Of a DNA stretch of 64,000 nt, positions 1 to 15,170 are shown in pieces (the first letter of the stretch is position 1; every line of letters begins with the position of its first letter). A model generated the notes under the pieces. It was not told where the DNA came from and ran no database searches. It saw nothing but the letters and a program-made list of their open reading frames with translations. The stretch spans positions 104,594,001 to 104,658,000 of the forward strand of contig OX597821.1 of NCBI GenBank assembly GCA_951406725.2, in the 5' to 3' direction. The position numbers were made by a program, and so were the translations under genes. The stretch is from Octopus vulgaris. Taxonomy: Eukaryota.

Positions 1-740
1 GAAGCAGCAAAATAAAGAAGATTGGAAATCGAACATGAGCCACGTCATTTTACCATTAAGAAAATGCAGCAAGCATTTGCATATATCGCAAAAGGTCTAT
101 GTTTGAGGACATAGATCCAAATGCTCAACGCTTTTCCAAGATTATGGGGCATGCCACGAAGCTTTTGCTCCTTATAATGTAATCCTTGAGGTAAAGAAAA
201 AGACAGTTCAAAGAACACTCAACCGATTTTTTTAAGCGCATCGAACATCAAGAACAACCAGAGGCAGCCGTTGATGTTGACGATCAACAGCCATCTACAT
301 CTGCGATGTAAACCATCAAATTCTATATGTGAATGGTAAATTTAAAATAACTTTACTTTTTCTATACTATTGCAAAATAATAATTACTGAATTTGTTTTT
401 TTTTTAGCTTTAAGAAAGACAATTATTTTACCATGTCTTATTGCAAACTGCATTCATGAATAATGCGTCTGCGATGTACAGTAAACACAACGCAATTGTA
501 TTCGTTAGATTACGATTTATTTTACTGTACTGTATTAAATCATAGAAGTTATTTGTCTGTAATCTCCAAATAATTTATTATTAACCATGTATTATTAAAA
601 ATGCATTGATAAATAAAATACAGAACTAGGAATGATTATTATTGGGTTAGCCTAGAGACAAGTTAATTCGACTGAAGTCGGTTTTCGATTTACGTCTTGC
701 CTCCTGGAAACAATTAACGATTTAGGGTGAGGTATGTCTG
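1..740 (+). mobile_element. Tigger/pogo DNA transposon 3' remnant (frameshifted transposase C-terminus plus right TIR)
   Basis: Bases 1-312 translate with frameshifts to EPRHFTIKKMQQAFAYIAKGL/MFEDIDPNAQRFSKI/../KKKTVQRTLNRFF..QPSTSAM*, resembling the Tigger1-type transposase C-terminus (..FEAQDPNVERYTKV..KKRATTQTSLDRFF..PSTS). Ends GAGGTATGTCTG at 740, like the Tigger right TIR. Confidence 0.75.
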
Positions 741-780
<40 letters not shown>

Positions 781-819
781 AATATGTATACATATACATA
801 TACATATACATAGACATGC

Positions 820-1023
820 GAGTAAGCACAAAAGTTCAAAGTAGGTTGGAAAAAGTTAGTACTCGAATATCGGGCTTAGAGTAATATAGAAAGACCAGTT
901 ACTGAGAGTGTCACGTTCTCGTTAGTCGGACAGCTGAGAGAAGTTTATTCCACTCCTGATCACAAGAGTTCGGCGAGCGGTAACGTGTAACTACGAGTAA
1001 CAGTGTTTTGTGGTGTTTTTACT

Positions 1024-1027
<4 letters not shown>
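820..1027. mobile_element. Penelope-type terminal fragment with an inverted pair of degenerate hammerhead motifs
   Basis: Minus ~895-935 reads CTGT CCGACTA ACGAGAACGT GACA CTCTCAG TA ACTG. Plus ~968-1003 is a decayed copy of the same motif. A third copy lies at 16217. Ends at a TA tract. Confidence 0.4.
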
Positions 1028-1065
<38 letters not shown>

Positions 1066-1069
<4 letters not shown>

Positions 1070-1180
1070 GAAGGAGCTTCTACAGGCCTAGAACTGTTTC
1101 ATTCAAAAGAAATCATTAGGAAGCTCCTGATGATTTCTTTTGAATGAAACAGTTCTAGTCCTGTAGAAGCTCCTTCTATA
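1066..1180 (+). ncRNA. Foldback hairpin made of two opposed type I hammerhead ribozyme motifs (Penelope pLTR-type)
   Basis: Arms 1066-1121 and 1125-1180 (2 mismatches, loop AGC). Plus strand: CTGATGA (1127-1133), TTTC-TTTT-GAAT, GAAA (1146-1149), stem III ACAG/CTGT, GUA site, GAAGCT. The minus copy has an 8-bp stem I (GGAGCTTC/GAAGCTCC) but core CTAATGA. Confidence 0.75.
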
Positions 1181-1253
1181 AAATAAATTAAGTTACTCTG
1201 CTATGTATTGAGTACCTTATTTACTGTGGTTAACCCCGACTCAACCCGGGACC

Positions 1254-1338
<85 letters not shown>

Positions 1339-1608
1339 GGCGTACAGGCAGGGAGCTGGTTCAAGAAGAGGTGTATGCAACACATGGTTTTACATTTAGA
1401 GAACGTAACAAAACAATAAGTAATTTAAAAGAAAAATGTATTTTACATGTAAGGGACATAAAAGGGATCAACTTTATACTAATACAAATTGCTTGACTCT
1501 TAGCTCCTTCAATCGGTGGAAAAGAAATAAATTTTCTTTATTCTGATTTCAGAATAACCAAATTATTCTCTTGCAAATCCATTTTAGTTAGGTAATAACA
1601 TTTGTAGT

Positions 1609-1928
1609 GAGGGCGCGTGGCTTAGTGGTTAGGGCATTCGGCTCATGATCGTAAGGTTGTGAGTTCGATTCCCGGCGACGCGTTGTGTCCTTGAGCAAGA
1701 CACTTTATTTCACGTTGCTCCAGTCCACTCAGCTGGCAAAAATGAGTTGTACTTGTATTTCAAAGGGTCAGCCTTGTCACTCTCTGTGTCACGCTGATTA
1801 TCCCCAAGAACAACGTTAAGGGTACACGTGTCTGTGGAATGCTCAGCCATTTGCACGTTAATGTCACGAGCAAGTTGTTCCGTTGATCGTATCAGCTGGG
1901 ACCCTCGTCGTCGTAACCGGCGGAGTCT
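1609..1928 (+). mobile_element. tRNA-derived SINE (V-domain-like central region), full length with 21-bp TSD
   Basis: A box TGGCTTAGTGG, B box GTTCGATTCC, central TGTGTCCTTGAGCAAGACACTT. TSD TTAGGTAATAACATTT(G/A)TAGT at 1588-1608 and 1929-1949. Confidence 0.9.
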
Positions 1929-1974
1929 TTAGGTAATAACATTTATAGTCTAGAATCTCGGTTCTACTTTTGAT

Positions 1975-2405
1975 TTTTCTTTTAGCTTATTTCCGTCAAT
2001 AGATTCTGGTCATGCTGGAGCATTGCTTTCAAGAACAGTTAGTCAAACGAATTACCCCCAGGTCTTACTATTTTATAGTTTGGTACTTATTCTGTCAGTC
2101 AGTTTTGCCGTACTACTGGCTTACAGGATCATAGACTCTGCAGCACTGGTTGCCATGCGGTGCTCGGGAAAATCATAGACACACACACACATATGCACAC
2201 AACCACACACACTCACACACACAAACACACACAAGTATAAATATATATATATAAACGAGATGCTTCTAATTTCAGTGTACCAAATTCACTAACAAGTGTT
2301 TAGTAAACCCGAGGCTAGAATGGAAGACATTTGCTCAGAGTGGTGCCACGTAGTGGGACTGAACCTTAGAACTAATGTTTGAAAAGCGGACTTCTCTCCA
2401 CGTAG
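1975..2405 (-). mobile_element. CORE-type SINE with internal microsatellite, degenerate
   Basis: Reverse-complement similarity to the copies at 8849 and 43058 (tail CATGCTGGAGC, head GCCACGTAGTGGGACTGAACC). Confidence 0.75.
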
Positions 2406-2680
2406 ACAAAATTTAATTATGCAATACAAAATGCTGCCTGAATCATGCTTATTTATTTACACAGCTTTCTAAGACGTTCCTTCATGATGCTGAGAAATTA
2501 TGAGTTGTATTTATCCATATTTATTGTTTCAATGTAAATGACGAGCAGGATGGCTTTGTAGGTGACTCGAAACCTAGTCGCAACGACAACAGGCCGGAAA
2601 CCACGATCGCTTCATGTGTGTCGTCGAGTTATCGGCCATCAGCGGATGGTTTTCACGTGTGGTTGTCCAGAGTAATATAT

Positions 2681-2905
2681 TACTTTACTACCCACAAGGG
2701 GCTAAACACAGAGGGGACAAACACGGATAGACAAACGGATTAAGTCGATTATATCGACCCCAGTGCGTAACTGGTACTTAATTTATCGACCCCGAAAGGA
2801 TGAAAGGCAAAGTCGACCTCGGCGGAATTTGAACTCAGAACGTAACGGCAGACGAAATACCGCTAAGCATTGCGCCCGGTGTGCTAACGTTTCTGCCAGC
2901 TCACA
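2681..2905 (-). mobile_element. tRNA-derived SINE (Meta-domain-like family)
   Basis: Reverse complement of the family motif GTCGACTTTGCCTTTCATCCTTTCGGGGTCGATAAATTAAGTACCAG, with B box GTTCAAATTCC. Confidence 0.9.
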
Positions 2906-4429
2906 GTAATAGACCTCTAAACAGTCGTAACAGGTACTAAACTTCAGTGTGTGAGAGGTTGTGGTTCAATGCCCGTACTTCTTCGACTAGTTGTCCTAAG
3001 CACTGCATGCTTCTGACCCTACACACACAATCCCTTTTTGTTCAAAGAGCCGCTTCAAAGACTGGTATATGTTTCATGATGGCAGATAAGAACAGACGTG
3101 TATATATATATTCCTGTTTGTAAAGCTGCCCCAGTACTAAATCTTAAAACACTTCTACATTGTATGTTGCATTATGTTTCTTACATCTTGTTGATTCTAT
3201 GTGAATATTTTGTAATTAATGACCAACCCAGGATTTGTGCAAGTGTAAATAAAACCATATCCAAATGTTGGCAAGGTGTTGTTAAGTCATTCACGCGCAG
3301 CTTTACCAGCCTCCGACATCGATATATGACAGCCTCTTTCTATATGAATATTGATTCTATAAGATCTACCAAATGTACGGTGCGTCAACCCATTGAAATG
3401 ATTCAGGTAGCACACTCACTTAAAAGTCAGGATTCCGTCATAAACACGAAGAATTTTAACCTCAGATGATAATTAAAATTCTGACCCAAAGCTCTTAATT
3501 AAAGACGAAGAATTACATATAAGATTCACTGATGTAACTCGAACAACTTTAAATAAGCGAATTACTAATATCCAAATTAATCACGTGTGTGAAGCCAGAA
3601 TACTTGGAAGTATAACTGAAGTTACAATTTGGAAGTTGAAATTTATATTTAGAGCTGTAATCTGATTTTATGAATTTAGATACTCACCTGTGAATAAACT
3701 TCCGTCTTTGAGTAGCACTGGCATTGATATATTGGATTGTCATCTAGTAATATTTAAATTACCCATTTCACTTTATTCTCTTTAATAATCCAAATTACAA
3801 TTAAATTTTAATTGCTAACAATTTGTTGATAATATCGAACTAATCCCGCTTTCAATTAATTTAACATTAACGATATTCCCATCTAATTAATATCCTTCAT
3901 TTAATTCAGTGATAATATAACGGGTTTTTATTTCATTTTCTCTAATTAAATGCCAATTAATACGATTTAACACGTTAATATTTTAGTTATTTTTCTTTAA
4001 TGACTCCTAGAAATGGAATATTTGAATTCCTTCCCCGCTCAATAATTTCAGGTTTCAATATTGACAACTGACCGGGAATCTTATTTCATTCACCAACCAG
4101 AATATTCCCCTTCATCCGTACAATCATTTAATGCTGAAATATATCATAAACGATGTACAATCCATTGCGGTCAGGGGCAACCGGTGAGGCCAGTGAAGTC
4201 CGATGCTATTACAATTTCATTTCCATATTCTCGTTATTTGTGAAATCGTGTAGTCTGACATAGCATAAAAGACGAAGAAAATCGGAATAAAGTGTTGGTT
4301 TCCACAACCGAATCAATTTAATAAATGTACTCAATATACACCATAAATTTTCTCCTGTTACTGTAATCCGTATTGAATGCACTCACACAAACATAATACA
4401 ATATATATTTATAAGCATATGTGTGTATC

Positions 4430-4653
4430 TCTCTATGTATGTATGTATGTACGTATGTATGTATGTATGTATGTATGTATGTATGTATGTATGTATGTAT
4501 GTATGTATGTATGCATGTACGTATGTATGTATGTGTGTATGTATGTATGTATGTATGTGTGTATGTATGTATGTATGTTTGTGTTCGTGTGTTAAAGATA
4601 TTATAAGACACACACACACACATATATATAGATACAAATACAGACACACACAC

Positions 4654-4684
<31 letters not shown>

Positions 4685-5363
4685 CATACATACAAGAAAA
4701 TTTAAGTGCTTGTGTCCGTGCGTCACCCATTCTGCTTACATACATCGGTCTGTATATGGACGATTGCGTATAGGTATGCGTCCACTGTTGTGTATGTTAA
4801 TAGGCGTTTGTGTATGTTCACGCGGAAACAACACTCTTCAAAGGGAAAATATTTGCGATGTTTTCAGCCACTCCAACGCCCTTTAGAAGGCCATAAAATA
4901 AACAAATTTCAATGATTTAAAACATCAAACAGCGTGACGTCTGTAAAACAGAGTTTTGCCAAGTAATGCCAAGTTAAAATTTAGTAATATGTGTTATGTA
5001 TGTGTATGAGAATATGTCGATGTGGGTGTTATTCTGTGTGTATTTCTGGTAAATTTTCGCAGACATAGAAATATAGTTTGTGTATGTTTGAAAAATACTA
5101 GCAGTAATTAAGTATTGAAAAAAAAATGGCACGAATGTTTAAAGATGTTTAACACACAGAAACGTAGACACATACACGTACGCACACGTACAAAGACAAA
5201 CGAAAATACACAAACCCATATTACAATCACAAAAACATAGCCATAAATATGTCGATTCAAAAATAATATATTAGTGTATGTGTGTATGCGAGTGTGAGAG
5301 TGTGATCGGATGCATGAATATATGTGTATACATAAACGTACTTTGACAGTTGCATACATACAT

Positions 5364-5416
<53 letters not shown>

Positions 5417-5460
5417 AATATATGTATATATATGTATATATATATATATAGTATAATGTA

Positions 5461-5503
<43 letters not shown>

Positions 5504-5563
5504 CTATGTATGTATATATATATATATATGTATAAATGTATGTATAATATATATATATATTAC

Positions 5564-5594
<31 letters not shown>

Positions 5595-5896
5595 CATACG
5601 TATATATGTATATAAATATATTATATATATATGCGTGTGTGCGTGTGTGCGTATGTTTCCATTGGTATATAAGTGAGATTGTTTGTATGGAGGTATATAT
5701 ACACATACATACAGAAACACACACAGATACACACTCATACATATTTACACATTGAGAAACATTGCATAAATGCTTACAAATTCATGTTTCCTTTGCAGAC
5801 TTTGTATGAGTGTGTGTGTGTGTGTGCATAATTATATGCATGTATGTATGTATGTATGTATTAATGTATCTATGTATATATATATATGTATGTATG

Positions 5897-5958
<62 letters not shown>

Positions 5959-5995
5959 CATGCATAGGTTTATATATATTTATATATATATACAC

Positions 5996-6074
<79 letters not shown>

Positions 6075-6528
6075 TAGATAGATAAATAGATAGATAGATG
6101 TCTATAAAAGTTTATATACGTCTGTGTGTGAGTCTGCATTTATAGATACGTGCGTGTGTGTATGTGTACTTGTGTGTGTGTGTGTATGTGCTTGAGTAGC
6201 TCTGTGTTTTACGCGTTCTCACACGTTCATTAGTATATGCTAGTATCTACATATCAGTAATAGGTTACGCACATACACGGCAATATCGCAATTAGGCGAA
6301 TCAACCTTTGGTATTGTGGCTAGTCATTAATTGTTAATTATGAAAAATTGAATTTACAAACACATCAAATATGAACTTGTAAGAAATTGCTGTATTTCAA
6401 GTACTAATTAGAATGGGAGGTTATGAAATTTTCGATGAACGGATGTCTGTTTATTGGTAGAAATAGTCTTCTTTACATCTCAGACATTAGCAGGAAGTAT
6501 ATTTCAGAGAGTTAAAGATAGAACGGGT

Positions 6529-6590
<62 letters not shown>

Positions 6591-6826
6591 TGAGTGAGAG
6601 AGAGAGAGAGAGAGTGAGTGAGATATAGAAGGGGTAAAAATAGGAGAGGAAAACAAAGATACAAAACGAAGTGAGAAGAGAAGCGATATACATATACGTG
6701 TGTGTGTGTGTGTGTCAGTGTGAAAATATATCACACACGCACACAGTCTCTCTCTGTCTCTTTCTCTCTATATATATATATGAACACGCGCACATGAACA
6801 CAGACACACACATATATGTATATGTA

Positions 6827-6878
<52 letters not shown>

Positions 6879-7515
6879 TATAAAGATATATTCATATATA
6901 TATAGACAGAGAGATAGATAGATAGATAGGTAGATAGACAATATATATGTGTATATATATACATGTATACGTATATGCATATATATGCATAAAAATATGT
7001 ATGTATACATACATACATGCATATATATATACGCTGTGTGGATAGGAGACGCGAAAAGAAAGAGAGAGGTAATATTTTGGAGAGAAGGAAAAAAGCGGAA
7101 GCTAAATTGAAAAGGTTTAGGGAGAGAGAAGCATGGAGATTGATAAACAGAAATATATATATATATATATATACGGAAATCAGTAACAATAACAGAGAAG
7201 ATTCTAATTTAAGTAACCTCATCTTCACACTCACATTTTTCGCAATTCATAAATTCTCAGATACATACACATGAAAGCTACACATACAAGATATCATATA
7301 CATATACATAAACAGCTATCACCCAAACATACACACATATATACCCACACATAGGCACCGGTCCTAATATACAGTGATAAATGTGTGTTCGTGTGTATAC
7401 ATATAAATATATATGTATATATGTGTATATATATAAATATATATATAAATATATATGTATATATGTGTATATACACATATATACATATATATGTATATAT
7501 ATATGTATATATATG

Positions 7516-7575
<60 letters not shown>

Positions 7576-7680
7576 CAAGCATGTATGTATCTATAGTTAT
7601 ATCTGTATTTATCTATGTGTATACATACAGAAATGCACAGATGCACATACACACGCACACTCTCACACCAAAAAATAGAC
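4430..7680. repeat. Compound microsatellite field (TATG)n, (TA)n, (CA)n, (AG)n, (GATA)n
   Basis: Directly visible; accounts for the [10 protein letters not shown] and LSLS ORFs in the track. Confidence 0.95.
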
Positions 7681-8221
7681 TAACACTGACACACATACAT
7701 TTGTATATATATATTCACATACATACGCACATGCGATATAATTCCATCTACACATAGTAATATAGCACACGTACGAGAACATACACACACACCCGAACGC
7801 CTTCACATTCTCCAACACACTCATACATATATACACCTACATACCTATACCAAAATATGTGTACTTGTGTCACGAGTGTATATTTAGTAGCCAATGTGTA
7901 CTCATGTATGAAACATAGCTATCGAATATAGGACATTACAATAAGATATGTATATAAATAAATATATAAATGTGCTTCAAAATCTTTAATGTTGATCTCA
8001 TTAGGTAAAGTCTAACGATGCTTCATTAAGTTTTTCAAACAATTTTTTGTGTAAAAATCAATGAAATTTGAAACATGAAATGTACTTTCGTTATAATTAA
8101 ATTTAAACATTTAGTTATATATTGAAGTTTTTTTTTGTAAGTAACATAGATAATATTTACTAAGATTCTTACTCAATTAGAAGATGATAATAAATCCATG
8201 TGTACATTTGAAAACTAATGT

Positions 8222-8285
<64 letters not shown>

Positions 8286-8646
8286 CAGTCTATTGCATAT
8301 TTATGTATAGACATTATCTATCTATTTATACACACACATACACATTCACACACACACACACATATATATATGTATATATATATGTGTGTGTGTGTGTGTG
8401 TGCTTGTGTAAAATCTCGAAAAAAATACTCATGTGCTGCAGGACATTCCCGTTATATGTCTTGTACCAGAAATTCGAAGAAAATCTCTCATGCAATATAT
8501 GATATTTATACCACCCAAATCATTTATCATTGATATCTTTGTGCTGAATCTGAGAGTGGGATGCAAAAGTAACGCTTTTCTTCCACTTCCATACATAAAG
8601 ATAAGTTTGTTTCCGAGATGACTATGTATATATATATACATAAATA

Positions 8647-8827
8647 CAGTGTATATTTAAATACATAAGTGGCATCCATCATACGACTCCTTGCACGCTG
8701 GAGAGAACAATGTTAAATTGAAAACTACTATTAGGGATAAAATTTCGAAGGTTTGAAATTTAACTGTTCTCTCTCGCGTGAAATGATTCCTGTGATGGTT
8801 GCCATTTATTTGTTTAAATATACACTG
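8647..8827. mobile_element. Palindromic Tc1/mariner-type MITE
   Basis: TA|CAGTGTATATTTAAA ... TTTAAATATACACTG|TA. Imperfect inverted repeat continues inward (TGGCATCCATCA/TGATGGTTGCCA, GAGAGAACA/TGTTCTCTC). Confidence 0.8.
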
Positions 8828-8848
8828 TATTTAAGTGAATAATATATA

Positions 8849-9342
<494 letters not shown>

Positions 9343-9819
9343 TAGTCTATTGAATAAATTTTTACACGCTAGGCCACTGCTAATGCAAATTTCTAATATT
9401 TCTGATTACCGGTTGATATTATTATATATATATATATATATTGAAACGCGAACGTAGCATATCGGTACTCAAATGACAAAGAAAATATCTGTGGTAAAAA
9501 AAAAAATAGATAAAACGAATTCTATATGGCTATAGTCATATCGTAGCTTGCTGTCAAATGTACAAAAATTCTCTCCAAACTCGATGAAATATTGTGGGGT
9601 AAACGGAAATCATGCGATTTCCCCAAGAAATTTTGCAATTAGAGCTCGTAAGATGAAGTAAGCATTCGACAATGCCATATAATATCGTGGTTGAGATAGT
9701 AATTTCCATTGAAGTGGACTGATAGCTGCATTTTTTTCTACGTCAAATACTTGAATGATGGAAGATATTTTAAAAACTGTAATGTTATAAACGCATTAGT
9801 TATATTTTACCGATCTTTG

Positions 9820-10220
9820 CGGCGTGACCGTGTGGTAAGATAATTGCTTCCCCACATGGTTCTGAGTAAAGTCCCACTGCGTAGCACGTTCGCCAAATGT
9901 CTTCTACTATAGCCCCGGGCCAGCCAAAGTGTTGTGTGTGCCTTTGGTAAACTGAATCCTAAAAGAAGACCATCATATATATGTATATATTTCTTTGTGT
10001 GTCTTTGTGTCTTTGTCCCCCACAGCATTGCTTGACAACCGGTGTTGGTGTGTTTACGTCCTCGCAAAGTATCGATTTTTTTGCCGAACCGCTGAAAAAC
10101 GTACTAAGCTTGAAATAAAAGTCCTCTGCTCGATTTCTTCGATTAAAAAAAGAAAACTCTTCAAGGCGGTGATCCAACATGGCCGCAGTCAAATATCTTA
10201 AAGAAGTAAAGAAGTAAATG
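9820..10220 (+). mobile_element. CORE-type SINE, diverged copy
   Basis: Colinear with the 8849 copy. A partial minus-strand Meta-type SINE follows at ~10255-10390. Confidence 0.8.
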
Positions 10221-12655
10221 AATATATATAATAATAAGTAAGAATTGATAAATAATCTTTTCTACTCTAGGCAGAAGGCCCGAAATTTTGGGAGGAGGTG
10301 ATGAGTCGATTAGATCGAGTCCCAGTACGCGACTGGTACTTAATTTATCGATCCCGAAATGATAAAAGGGAAAGTCAACCTCAGCGAGGAGACTTCATAA
10401 ATATTATCACCAGAGACAACACAATATTTGTAATGAGTAGTTACGCTCATAATTAAATGAAAAGAATCATATAAAATAATTTGTACAGAGGAAATAGGAA
10501 TGAGATTGGAAAGGGTTTTCATCTCTTTCTTTTCCCCTTTTTCACACATTGAGATGTTATCATTGTCTGCTGCTTTGTGTTCATTTTCTTTCATCTTAAT
10601 TTTGTCCGCCATGCCAAGTTTCAATTATATTATCAACTAAAATGTGCATACTACATATACACTTGCATTTTGTTTACTTTCCAAGAGCCCAAAGCTTATA
10701 CACATACATTCCGAAACAGAATTCAAACTATATCTTCTTTAATTAACCATTTCCATCGTTATCTATGATTACAATGTCGAAAATCACTTCTCTTTTCTAA
10801 GGCGATTATTCAGTAAATATCTAATAACTCTCTCATATTTTAACGCGTTGACTCTTATTTTGAGAGCAATATGTCAGTTTTTATACTAGATGAAACCAAT
10901 TCCAAATATTATCTTTAAACGAGTAATTTAGCCGTCGAATATATTGTGATTTCTGCTGGAAAAAACTAATCCGCAAATATATAACAATCATAAAATTAAT
11001 AAATAAATTTTGTAGTACGAAAGCAGTTAGACATATATTTAGCGTTGGATCCAGACAGCGCAATATCATAGCAAATATTTCAGCTATATGAGTATTAAAG
11101 CTTCGCAGATTAAAAAGAATAAAACCGCCATTGAGTTTCGGTTCTGAAGAGAGTATTCAAGAATGAAGTGAAAAAAGATTTAGTATTAAAAATCACCAAC
11201 TGACCTTCTGTTAAATTTTGAAAGCTTCTCGAATTTTACTCCTGCATAGAAGGGAAATAACCCTCTTATAGCAAAAATATATTAAACGATGATATAATTG
11301 CAAATGAAGGCATGCCAACAGAATCGAGAATATATTTGCAAATATTATCGAAAATTTTGGTATTCATTCAATTTGCTCTATTAGTTATGGGAAAACAAAC
11401 CAAAATTTAAACTACAGATGCATGTTAACAGTCCAGATCTTATATGAACATTGCTAACATCTAAACAGTAATTTCTTAGAATCTGAAACAAATGCGCCAA
11501 TATGGAACACGCTGATATAATAAAGCAGTGCTAGAAGATGATTTAACGATAAATTAGTTTACAGCATCTCCACTGCTGGAAACTCAACAAATAAATTTTA
11601 AAAAATGGTCCTGACTAAATACAACGAGCACATTGATATTCGCGACCGGCCATTAGAGGCGCAGGTGATTGTTCAGCAATGAGTAGTGGTGAGTACAAAC
11701 ATAATAAGCTATTCTACGACTTGTCTAGTCGGAAAGAAGTGCCGCTTGAAACAAACGTTGATGTTATGCTGTAAATACATGCAGAATGATATAAGGTGGT
11801 GAGTTAGAAGAATTGCGCTCCAAGGTCGACTTTCATATTTTCCTAGTTCATAAAATAAATACCAGTTAAACACTGTATTCGTTGTTGCCAACTTATCACC
11901 TACCGCGAACTAGCTGCCCTTGTGATAAAATTTGAAGCCAGCATACGAAGAGGAGTATTTCTTTTTATACTAATCTCCACTTCAAATATCTTTTAGATCA
12001 GAAGAAATAATTTGACTGCCTGCTACATTAGTCGTTTGTATTTTTACATAATTTCTATTGTGTCTTTGCTATGATATAAGATTCCTATTGTAATGAAAAC
12101 CTATAAATTCTTAGCTTGCATAAACTGGTCCTCCATTCTCGAAAACGATATCATGAAAGATTTTTTCAGCCAATATTTTATTCAACTACGACACAATAAA
12201 GAAGGTGAAATTGTTATCCTACATTCACAACCAATTCATAACAAGATATAGGATCCGTTATATGATACATACTACATGGAAACAGCAGTCATGTGAGGTG
12301 TCCCATCAAGAGTGTGGTTTAAACCGTACCCAATCTTGCTCTATATAGCAAACTTAACCAACAAAATTTTGAGAATAAACACTTACATACTGACAAAATT
12401 CACGTAATCATTATGCGTGTGGAGGTTTTAGAGTAATGTAATGTGGATGGTTGTGTTATTTCCATATGTACACATATAAATTTAAGTATATCGCCTTGTT
12501 TTTGAGTCTAGTGTGACGTGCATTTTATAATAGCGGTATTTGCTTAAAATTTAAGACAGCTGTTTCGTCTTGATATTTTTAAGAAAATATAAACGTTTCA
12601 TGGAGATTGTTTATATTTCACTTCTAGAAGTATATGAGCACAAACGCAATAGCAA

Positions 12656-12699
<44 letters not shown>

Positions 12700-13965
12700 A
12701 CACAAGTATATACAAACATCTGGTTATGTGCATAATAATATGTCTTCATTTATCTATTTATATATATAAGTATATGTATATATATATATATAGATATGTA
12801 TATATATGTATATATATATTATTTGAGTGCACGTCTTTCGTATATATATACATAAATATAAGTATATGTGTACATGCGTACACAAATTTACGCCAGTATG
12901 TCCTTTTATGATATCTTATATAAACGAATATGTGTATAAATGTGTGAGTGGATGGTATGTAAAACAGGCCAAGTGTCCATCATTCTTGATCGCATCTAAA
13001 CCTCCAAACACGCATGCACACATACTCAGAAAACACACAAACTCTTACACGCACTTAAACCCAGAGACACACACGCATTCTCACCTACAAACACACGAAC
13101 ACATATATTTGAAAAACGCCAAAAATCACTGTATATTGAATGTCATAGAATATCCGCTTGATTTAAGCTAAATATTATTGTCGCTAGAAAGAAGACGAAG
13201 AAAAAATATGAAGCAAGTAAGCAACTGTTCGTATAAGTTACATTATCGTCCGCTTCGTCGAATCAGAATCATTGCTCGGGATTGCGAAAAATATATCAGG
13301 TGCGTAAGGTATGCGTACGACAGAGAACGGAATCGCGCTTCATCGATCTAATACGCTCAAATGACAAATAACATGCATAGAACTTAGGAGAACCGATAGG
13401 GAATACTTATATATTCCAGTCGCAAACACATACATACATGCTCACCGATATACTTCTGTATGATTGGGTTCTTGTTGTATAAACAAGAATGAACATATTA
13501 AAGGGAAATATAATAAAATATATTAACCTTATTACACTAACAGATGAAATCTTCCATTGTCTTGGGAATATGTGTGTACTATTTTCAGTATAATTCTCAA
13601 ATGTATGCGCATTAACATATGTATGTCTGCGTGTATAATATATATATGTATGTGGTTTTTGTATGCGTGTGTAACACACAGTTATTACATATGCGTGTAT
13701 TCATCCAATGTATATGTGTGTATATATATATATATATGTGTATATATATATGTTCCTACATGCATACGGGTTTAAATACACAAGTACGCAGGCCTGTATA
13801 ATCATGCATACACACACACATTTATATATTATATATATATGTATATATATATGTGTGCGTGTGTTTATGTGTACATGTGTGCGTGCATGTATCCATATAC
13901 ACTTCTTTCTTTCTCTCTGATCCCTCTACTCAAACTATCACATTAACCAGTAGAATTAACACACA

Positions 13966-14082
13966 TATCTCCAGGGATACAGGCATCCAGCAACAGGACC
14001 TCCGTAATGCCATGATGGACCGTGAAGTCTGGCGTAGCATGGTAAATTCCATTGTCTCGACCACGGTCGAACAATGATGATG
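13966..14082 (+). mobile_element. RTE-clade LINE 3' end (5'-truncated)
   Basis: Encodes ISRDTGIQQQDLRNAMMDREVWRSMVNSIVSTTVEQ* followed by a (GAT)n tail; nearly identical to 34130-34232. Confidence 0.8.
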
Positions 14083-14387
14083 TTATATCTATTCTTAGAA
14101 ACTTGACCATTCTCAGTATGCTTCCCTTCCGTTTAGTACCGCCCCTCCTTTGCTTTTTCTGTACCCATCTCTTAATGCCATTTTAATATTTCACTCCACC
14201 TCAGGCACCTCACATGTATTCCTTATTTACATTCTTAACACTTCCTACACCTCTCCTACTCTTCTCTCATCCCCACTCATAATATCTTGACCACCAACTA
14301 CCACACCTTTTCACTTTCTTACATTAAACAAAATTATCTTCATGTTTTCATTTGCTCTTCCTCTTTTTTCCTGTTGAAATTTACAAG

Positions 14388-14451
<64 letters not shown>

Positions 14452-14669
14452 CCACAACAACTATCCGACACAACACTTCGTTTAACGTGTATGTGGCTTC
14501 CACAGACACGTGTACTTTACTTAGTTCTCGGGGATAAAAAGAGTTGAAATCAGGTTCATGTTTTCATTTTCCCTTCCTCTTTTTTCCTTCTTCTTTTCTT
14601 TCATTTTCCTACATTCTCAAATATTCATACACACAAAAAGACACATTTGCCCTAACCACTGGGCCATTG

Positions 14670-14767
<98 letters not shown>

Positions 14768-14822
14768 GAAATATTCAATTTCTAAATGTCTCAAAGAGAC
14801 ATGAGCGGTGGTGGAGCGATAT

Positions 14823-15170
14823 AGTGGTTGTATAGTGTCAACTTAACGTGACAGTCCCGTTTGGGAATTACACCACCGCTGTTTAACCCTAGGAAGCATC
14901 GAACGCTTCCTGTCGGCATTGATACATTTTCTGTGTCCTTATATTTGTGAAGGGGAGGCAAGCAACCCTACCAGCCAAGATTCACAACTGAGAAACATGC
15001 ATGTCCTCAGGTGTGAATCTTGGCTGTTAGGGGTGGTTGTCTCCCCTTCACAAATATAAGGATACAGAAAATGTGTCAAAGCCGACAGGAAGCGTCCGAT
15101 TATTCTTAGGGCTAAACAGCGGTGGTGTAATTCCCATACATGACTGTCACGTTAAGTTGACAGTATACAA

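Noticed and set aside
1609-1685. tRNA-like sequence with A and B boxes (also heads of other SINEs)
   Set aside because: No complete cloverleaf; it continues into a SINE body bounded by TSDs.
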